Below are positions 58,832-64,000 of a DNA stretch of 64,000 nt, in pieces. Position 1 is the stretch's first letter. Each line of letters begins with the position of its first letter. A program made the position numbers and the translations under genes. The stretch lies in the NCBI GenBank assembly GCA_031411295.1, contig JANOAV010000124.1, forward strand, positions 22,552 to 86,551, in the 5' to 3' direction. Source of the stretch: Verrucomicrobiales bacterium. GTDB lineage: Bacteria; Verrucomicrobiota; Verrucomicrobiia; Verrucomicrobiales; V1-33. The notes beneath the pieces were generated by a model that was given only the letters and a program-made list of their open reading frames with translations, was not told where the DNA came from and did not search any database.

Positions 58832-61800
58832 TTGAAATTACAACCTATCCCCCAACGCCGCTTCCCAAAGCAAGTCTCCATGCACCTGGCGCTCTGCGCA
58901 GGGTTTGCATTTGCCCTGCCACATTCAGCCGAACCGCCCTCTTCCACCACGCCAGCCCCTTTGGCGGCGGTCATGCCTAATGTGGCAGATCAAACGCAGA
59001 TGTGGTGGGCGGAAGGTTTCCCGGGGACGATCCCCACCGCTCCCTGGCTGCGCGTGGTGCAAACGGGAAACTATGCCCTGGCGCTGGATACGGCAACGAT
59101 GCGCATTCCTCATCTCGGTGCGGTGGGTGGATTGCAAGCTGACTGGCAGGCACTTCCGGCCGCTGAGTTGGCGCTGAGCATGACTGTAGATGGCAAAAGT
59201 TATCATTGCACCGCAGGCGGGAAATGGTCGCGCTACACCGGGCCTCGATTGATTGAATCGGGTGGCTTTTTGCAACGGGCCGATGTGACGGACTTGGAGT
59301 TCAAGGCGGAGGATGGCACGCGACTCAATGTGGAGGCCCGCTTCGAAACTGCAGCGTGGTCAGACCGACTGGGGCTGATTCTGGCCGCTCGGCCTGGGGT
59401 CAGGCCCATCGTTGCGGGCGAGGCTTCATTCGGTCGAGTTGGCGGTGGCTTTGGCTTGGATGGCACGAATCATTTGGAAATCCCTGAGAACGCCGCGCTG
59501 GATGCCGCGCAGTTCACTATGGAATTGTGGGCCTTCGTTCCGCAGGACTATCAAGCCGGGCTTCATGCTCCGTGGCTCATGTGCCGGAGCTTCCATGAGG
59601 CGGCTAATGGCAACATCGGTTTCATGATCGCGAATGGACAACCACAGGCACGCATGAACATTGGCGGTGGTGCAGCCAATGCCGTGGTGGTCAGGCCTGA
59701 GAAAGGAACCTCGCTGAAGTTGGATGCTTGGAATCATTTGGCGATGAGCTATGATGGCGACATGCTGCGCCTCTATGTGAATGCACGCCTCGAAGGCGAA
59801 ACGAAAGTGGGCAAGCAGCGCCTGCCAGGAAAGGGCGGACTCGCGTTTGGCAGACGTCAAGATAACTCGGGCGATGGTTATCACTTTCGTGGCGTGGTCG
59901 ATGAGATCCGTTTCTATGATCGTGCGTTGCAGCTTGATGAGTTGCGAGAGCGTTGGGCGCACCCAGATGTGCCGCAGCCGAAAATAAAACCAACGTTGGA
60001 ATGGTCCTTCAATGCCCAAGGCAAAGCATCCCTGACCAAACTGCGCGAGGAATGGAAACAGGCCGTCATGGACATCAGTCTCACCACGCCCAAAGGCAAG
60101 ATGCAGGAGCGCTGGGAGCTTTCGGGCGAGCAAACTTGGACGGATGGCAATGAGCGTGAGGTATCACTCGTGGTCGATCCCGTGACCGGCAAAGCGTTGG
60201 CGACTACCAGCCCGGTGATCGTAACCGCAACTGAGAAAGCAAGCGGGGCAGCGCGTCCCGTGGTTTATGAATCCGCTCTCAGCAGGCATCGCATCAATCT
60301 CGATGGCATCGAACCCATCGCTCCTCCTGGCGGCACCAATCCTAGCAATGACGCCATCGAGCGCGTGAAGTTGTCGCTCTCGAATCCCACCGACAGCGAA
60401 CAAATCGCACGGCTGATGTTTGAGAAAACCACCAGTGGCTTACGGCAACGGATCGGCACTCCAATCACGGGCATCTCGGCCATGTTGCGTGATGCTGATG
60501 GCCAGCCCACCGGCATTCCTGTGCAGCTCAGTAAGAATTGGCATAACGAGCCGGAGCATGGAGTCTATGCGGGGCAATGGTTCCACGGCATCTCCCAAGT
60601 GCGCCTGCCTGCCAAATCGAACATCGAACTCGAACTCACCATCGCCTACGGTCACTGGGGCGGTGTGGCGGCTGCATCACACGCGCAACTCAGCCTCATC
60701 GGTTGGGGCAGCAATCAACTCTGGGATCAAAGTGCGCTGGGCGCCTTTGGAGAGACAATTTGCTACGAACCAGATCAAGCACAAGCCAATTGCACCATCA
60801 CCGATGTGCGCCCGTTTATGGTTCGTTCCATGGGCGATGGCAAACCGTATGGCTGGACCAATAATGTTGGTGGGGGAGATTTCCTCCGTTGCTTTAATCC
60901 CGCTGGCGAACGCGTGCCGCACAGCGCCATGCGCACCACGTATCACAAGCACGGGCCTTGCCTCACGGAAGTCACTTATGCAGGCCAGATTGGCAATGGC
61001 CTCACGCATGCCACCACCGTCAGCCTCGCCCGCACCGACGACATCGTGCGCGGCGTTTATCGGGTGCGACTCGATGTCTCGAAGCCCACCGATTTCTCCC
61101 GCTTCGTCTTCTTTCAAATCGGTGCCGACACCTACACTTCCAGCAGCGAGCGCAAAATGGCCATTGGCAATGAAACTGGCCTCCGCAAAGAATGGACCAC
61201 CCAATGGGGCGGCAACATTTACCGCACTGCACCCATCGAATGCGCTGGCCGCATTCCTTGGATTTCTCTACACGAAGGAGAACTCAGGCACTCTCAAAAG
61301 GAAGGCGCTGGAGCCAATCGCGGCATTATCATTCGCTCTTGGAAAGCCCGGCTTGGAGGCAAGGCAGCCGCACCATGGATTGCAGAACATGGCGTCACCC
61401 GGCACAAGGAAGACGCATCCACGCTCGACCTTGTGCCCCCACCCGGACTCACACGCTTTGAGCCGGGAGACTTCATCGAAGCCACGATCGAGCATCTGAT
61501 TATGCCGCAATCAGCCGCCGATTACTATGGCCCCAATCAAGCTCTGCGCACTGCACTGACCAAAGACGGCAACACCTGGCGCATGATTCAACGCGAGGCT
61601 GCAGGCAACGACCATCGCATCGCAATGAAAACCGGCACCCTGGTCCGCACGCATCCCGCCATTACCGTCACAACCCAGCAGGACAAAGCTGAGTTCACCC
61701 TCACAAACGGTCTCGGTTATGTGCCAGTGACCTTCACTAACCTCAGTTCAGCGCAAGGCTTCACGCTGTTTATCGACGATAAACCACTGCATCAAGGCAT

Positions 61801-61915
61801 CCACGGCAATGATTTCTGGCAAACCAGCTACGACGCGGCAAGCAAGACCTGGAGCCTAACGTTCAACCTCCCCATTGATGACACCGAGACCCATCTGGTG
61901 CGGTTCGCAAAATAG
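58832..61915 (+). CDS. secreted LamG/concanavalin-like domain protein of unknown function
   Basis: signal-like N-terminus (alternative ATG 58880); FTMELW..WNHLAMSYDG..LYVN..FRGVVDEIRFYDRAL. Confidence 0.8.
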   Translation: MKLQPIPQRRFPKQVSMHLALCAGFAFALPHSAEPPSSTTPAPLAAVMPNVADQTQMWWAEGFPGTIPTAPWLRVVQTGNYALALDTATMRIPHLGAVGGLQADWQALPAAELALSMTVDGKSYHCTAGGKWSRYTGPRLIESGGFLQRADVTDLEFKAEDGTRLNVEARFETAAWSDRLGLILAARPGVRPIVAGEASFGRVGGGFGLDGTNHLEIPENAALDAAQFTMELWAFVPQDYQAGLHAPWLMCRSFHEAANGNIGFMIANGQPQARMNIGGGAANAVVVRPEKGTSLKLDAWNHLAMSYDGDMLRLYVNARLEGETKVGKQRLPGKGGLAFGRRQDNSGDGYHFRGVVDEIRFYDRALQLDELRERWAHPDVPQPKIKPTLEWSFNAQGKASLTKLREEWKQAVMDISLTTPKGKMQERWELSGEQTWTDGNEREVSLVVDPVTGKALATTSPVIVTATEKASGAARPVVYESALSRHRINLDGIEPIAPPGGTNPSNDAIERVKLSLSNPTDSEQIARLMFEKTTSGLRQRIGTPITGISAMLRDADGQPTGIPVQLSKNWHNEPEHGVYAGQWFHGISQVRLPAKSNIELELTIAYGHWGGVAAASHAQLSLIGWGSNQLWDQSALGAFGETICYEPDQAQANCTITDVRPFMVRSMGDGKPYGWTNNVGGGDFLRCFNPAGERVPHSAMRTTYHKHGPCLTEVTYAGQIGNGLTHATTVSLARTDDIVRGVYRVRLDVSKPTDFSRFVFFQIGADTYTSSSERKMAIGNETGLRKEWTTQWGGNIYRTAPIECAGRIPWISLHEGELRHSQKEGAGANRGIIIRSWKARLGGKAAAPWIAEHGVTRHKEDASTLDLVPPPGLTRFEPGDFIEATIEHLIMPQSAADYYGPNQALRTALTKDGNTWRMIQREAAGNDHRIAMKTGTLVRTHPAITVTTQQDKAEFTLTNGLGYVPVTFTNLSSAQGFTLFIDDKPLHQGIHGNDFWQTSYDAASKTWSLTFNLPIDDTETHLVRFAK

Positions 61916-62081
61916 TATCAGCCCGTGGTAGCTTGACCTTGAATCCCCATGCTAAGACTCCAGCAATGAAGCAACCAACCACTACCCAAAGGTGGACCGC
62001 ACAGTCCTCTGTGCGGCTCACGGGAAAGGCCATGACGAATGCTATTGGCTGCTCGAGACATTTAAGAAATAACCCACCCTG

Positions 62082-63050
62082 ATGAACAACCCCAACGAAT
62101 CGAAGCCCAGAAACAAGGCCGTCCTCAAATACGAGTTCTTGCTGCTGCTGGTGTCCATGATCTGGGGCTCGGCCTTTGTGGCCCAGCAGATCGGTATGGA
62201 AAAAGGCCTTGGCCCGATGACCTTCAACGGGCTTCGTTTCGCGCTTGGCTGCGTCTCGTTGATCCCCCTCATCCTCTGGCGCAAAAAGCATCTACCAGTA
62301 TCGAATCGGGAGGTCAGGCTGCCCTACAAAGCCTGTTTGGGGGCCGGGTTGTTTTTGTTTGCCGCCGCCGCCCTGCAACAAATTGGCCTGCAATCTACCT
62401 CCAGCGCCAACTCCGGCTTCATTACCGGATTCTATATTCTTTTTGTCCCGGTGCTGGGCTTGTTTTACGGGCACAAGGCACGCATCAGTTTGTGGACGGG
62501 CATGCTCGTCTGCCTCATTGGTTTCTATCTCATGAGCGTGACCGGAAATTTCGTGGTTTCCAAGGGTGACTGGCTCACCTTACTCAGCGCGGTGTTTTGG
62601 GCGTGTCAGATCCTGGTCATTGACCACGTGGCCGGCAAAGGAGATCCCGTCCTGATTGCTTGTGTGCAATTCGCGGTTTGCGCGGTCTTGAGCATGGTAT
62701 CCGGTCTGCTTTTCGAGCAATGTTCGTTCGATCAAATCAAAGCCGCCTCCGGCGCGATTGCTTATGCCGGATTGATGTCGGTCGGCGTTGCTTACACGCT
62801 GCAGGTGGTGTGCCAGCAGCATTGTCCTCCCGCTCCTTCCGCCATCATCATGAGTCTGGAAGGCGTCTTTGCCGCGATAGCCGGATACCTTGTGCTCCAT
62901 CAAACCCTGACGGGCCGCGCGCTCATCGGCTGCTTGCTCATTCTTCTGGGCGTGCTGATGGTGCAGTTGGTGCCGCTGATGAGGGGCAAACAGCAGGGCT
63001 GGCCTTTAGCCAGGCAGCCGGACCCCGCGCAAAACAAAGCCAAACCATGA
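62082..63050 (+). CDS. DMT/EamA family transporter
   Basis: IWGSAFVAQ, GLRF, LQQIGL, GDWLTL, AYTLQ, MSLEGVFA; about 10 transmembrane helices. Confidence 0.92.
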   Translation: MNNPNESKPRNKAVLKYEFLLLLVSMIWGSAFVAQQIGMEKGLGPMTFNGLRFALGCVSLIPLILWRKKHLPVSNREVRLPYKACLGAGLFLFAAAALQQIGLQSTSSANSGFITGFYILFVPVLGLFYGHKARISLWTGMLVCLIGFYLMSVTGNFVVSKGDWLTLLSAVFWACQILVIDHVAGKGDPVLIACVQFAVCAVLSMVSGLLFEQCSFDQIKAASGAIAYAGLMSVGVAYTLQVVCQQHCPPAPSAIIMSLEGVFAAIAGYLVLHQTLTGRALIGCLLILLGVLMVQLVPLMRGKQQGWPLARQPDPAQNKAKP

Positions 63051-64000
63051 AAACCACCCTCATTTCTCTCGCGCTCATAGCCATCCTCGCCACGCCCAGC
63101 CTGGTTTTCGGGGCGGAAGTGACGAACCCCGATTTCACCAAAGGCCAAAAGATCCCTTCCGGCGCGAAGCACGACTGGAACCTCGGCCCCACGGGGCTGC
63201 GCGGCTGGATGTTTTGCGACCAAATGGTGACCAGCGACGCGCGGCAGATTGTAATCACCAAAGTAGATAAAGGCTCGCCAGCAGATGGTGTTCTCGCGGT
63301 CGGCGACGTCATTCTCGGTGTGGGCGGAAAGCCGTTTTCCTACGATCCGCGCACGGAGTTCGGCAAGGCAATCACCGCCGCCGAATCGGATGCTGGCGGA
63401 GGAAAGCTGAGCGTTTCGCGGTGGCGGGCGGGCAAATCGGTGGAGGTCATTTTGAAACTCCCGCTGCTCGGAAGCTACAGTGCGACTGCGCCTTTCGATT
63501 GCGCGAAATCGCGGCGCGTTTTGGAGCTGGGGTGCAAGGCGCTGGCGGCGCGGATGGCGAAGCCGAAAGATGACGAGGACGCGATTGTGCGCTCGATGAA
63601 CGCGCTCGCTTTGCTGGCCAGCGGCAACCCCGAATACCTCCCGCTGGTGAAACGCGAGGCTCAGTGGGCGGCGGGTTTTACGGACGATAGTTTTCAGACC
63701 TGGCACTACGGCTATGTCATCATGCTGCTCTCCGAGTATAAGATGTCGAGCGGCGATGAGTCGGTGATGCCAGGGCTGCGACGGCTCGCGCTAGAGGCGG
63801 CGAAGGGGCAGAGTGCGGTGGGCTCATGGGGGCATGGTTTCGCGATTCCCGGCGGTCGACTCGGCGGCTACGGGATGATGAATGCGCCGGGCGTGCCGCT
63901 CACGATTTCGCTCGTGCTGGCGCGCGAGGCGGGCGTGAAAGATCCTGCGCTGGATCTCGCAATCGAGCGCAGTGCGAAGCTGCTGCGTTTCTACATTGGA
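63047..64000 (+). CDS. secreted PDZ-containing DUF6288-like protein, runs off the window end
   Basis: absent from the ORF track; ATG 63047 overlaps the DMT stop; MKTTLISLAL..HDWNLGPTGLRGW..KVDKGSPADGVLAVGDVILGV..GSWGH..GYGMMN, open to the end. Confidence 0.8.
   Translation, partial: MKTTLISLALIAILATPSLVFGAEVTNPDFTKGQKIPSGAKHDWNLGPTGLRGWMFCDQMVTSDARQIVITKVDKGSPADGVLAVGDVILGVGGKPFSYDPRTEFGKAITAAESDAGGGKLSVSRWRAGKSVEVILKLPLLGSYSATAPFDCAKSRRVLELGCKALAARMAKPKDDEDAIVRSMNALALLASGNPEYLPLVKREAQWAAGFTDDSFQTWHYGYVIMLLSEYKMSSGDESVMPGLRRLALEAAKGQSAVGSWGHGFAIPGGRLGGYGMMNAPGVPLTISLVLAREAGVKDPALDLAIERSAKLLRFYIG

Noticed and set aside
62900..63706. 268-aa minus-strand ORF
   Set aside because: Antisense to the plus-strand gene starting at 63047

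Overview
A 64-kb chromosomal window, most likely from a Verrucomicrobiota (PVC) bacterium. This is inferred from PEP-CTERM proteins, a PVC-type heme-binding protein, DUF1080 domains, CotH/lamin-tail giants and leaders lacking Shine-Dalgarno motifs. In order, it holds: rpmJ-rpsM-rpsK-rpsD and a separate rplS; a Zn-peptidase/VHL-like protein, a RoxA-like di-heme cytochrome c, a lipoprotein YyaL homologue and a Sel1 protein; a three-gene phosphorelay (PAS hybrid kinase, Hpt, REC-metallo-beta-lactamase-fold enzyme); a ~23-kb minus-strand block of giant secreted proteins (FG-GAP/ASPIC, two CotH-kinase proteins flanking queD, a PEP-CTERM beta-helix protein); DUF58 and xylB; an ArsR-controlled RND pair; a large PVC heme protein; and a regulator/adhesin pair followed by LamG, DMT and DUF6288-like genes. 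No rRNA, tRNA, CRISPR array or transposase was seen. The best-supported oddities are an 83-bp palindromic element found both intergenically and translated in frame inside the RND adaptor, a shared C-terminal domain on the two CotH proteins, the enzyme-output phosphorelay, and CCUCC-containing leaders in place of SD motifs. Family assignments come from motif recognition only; no database search was run.
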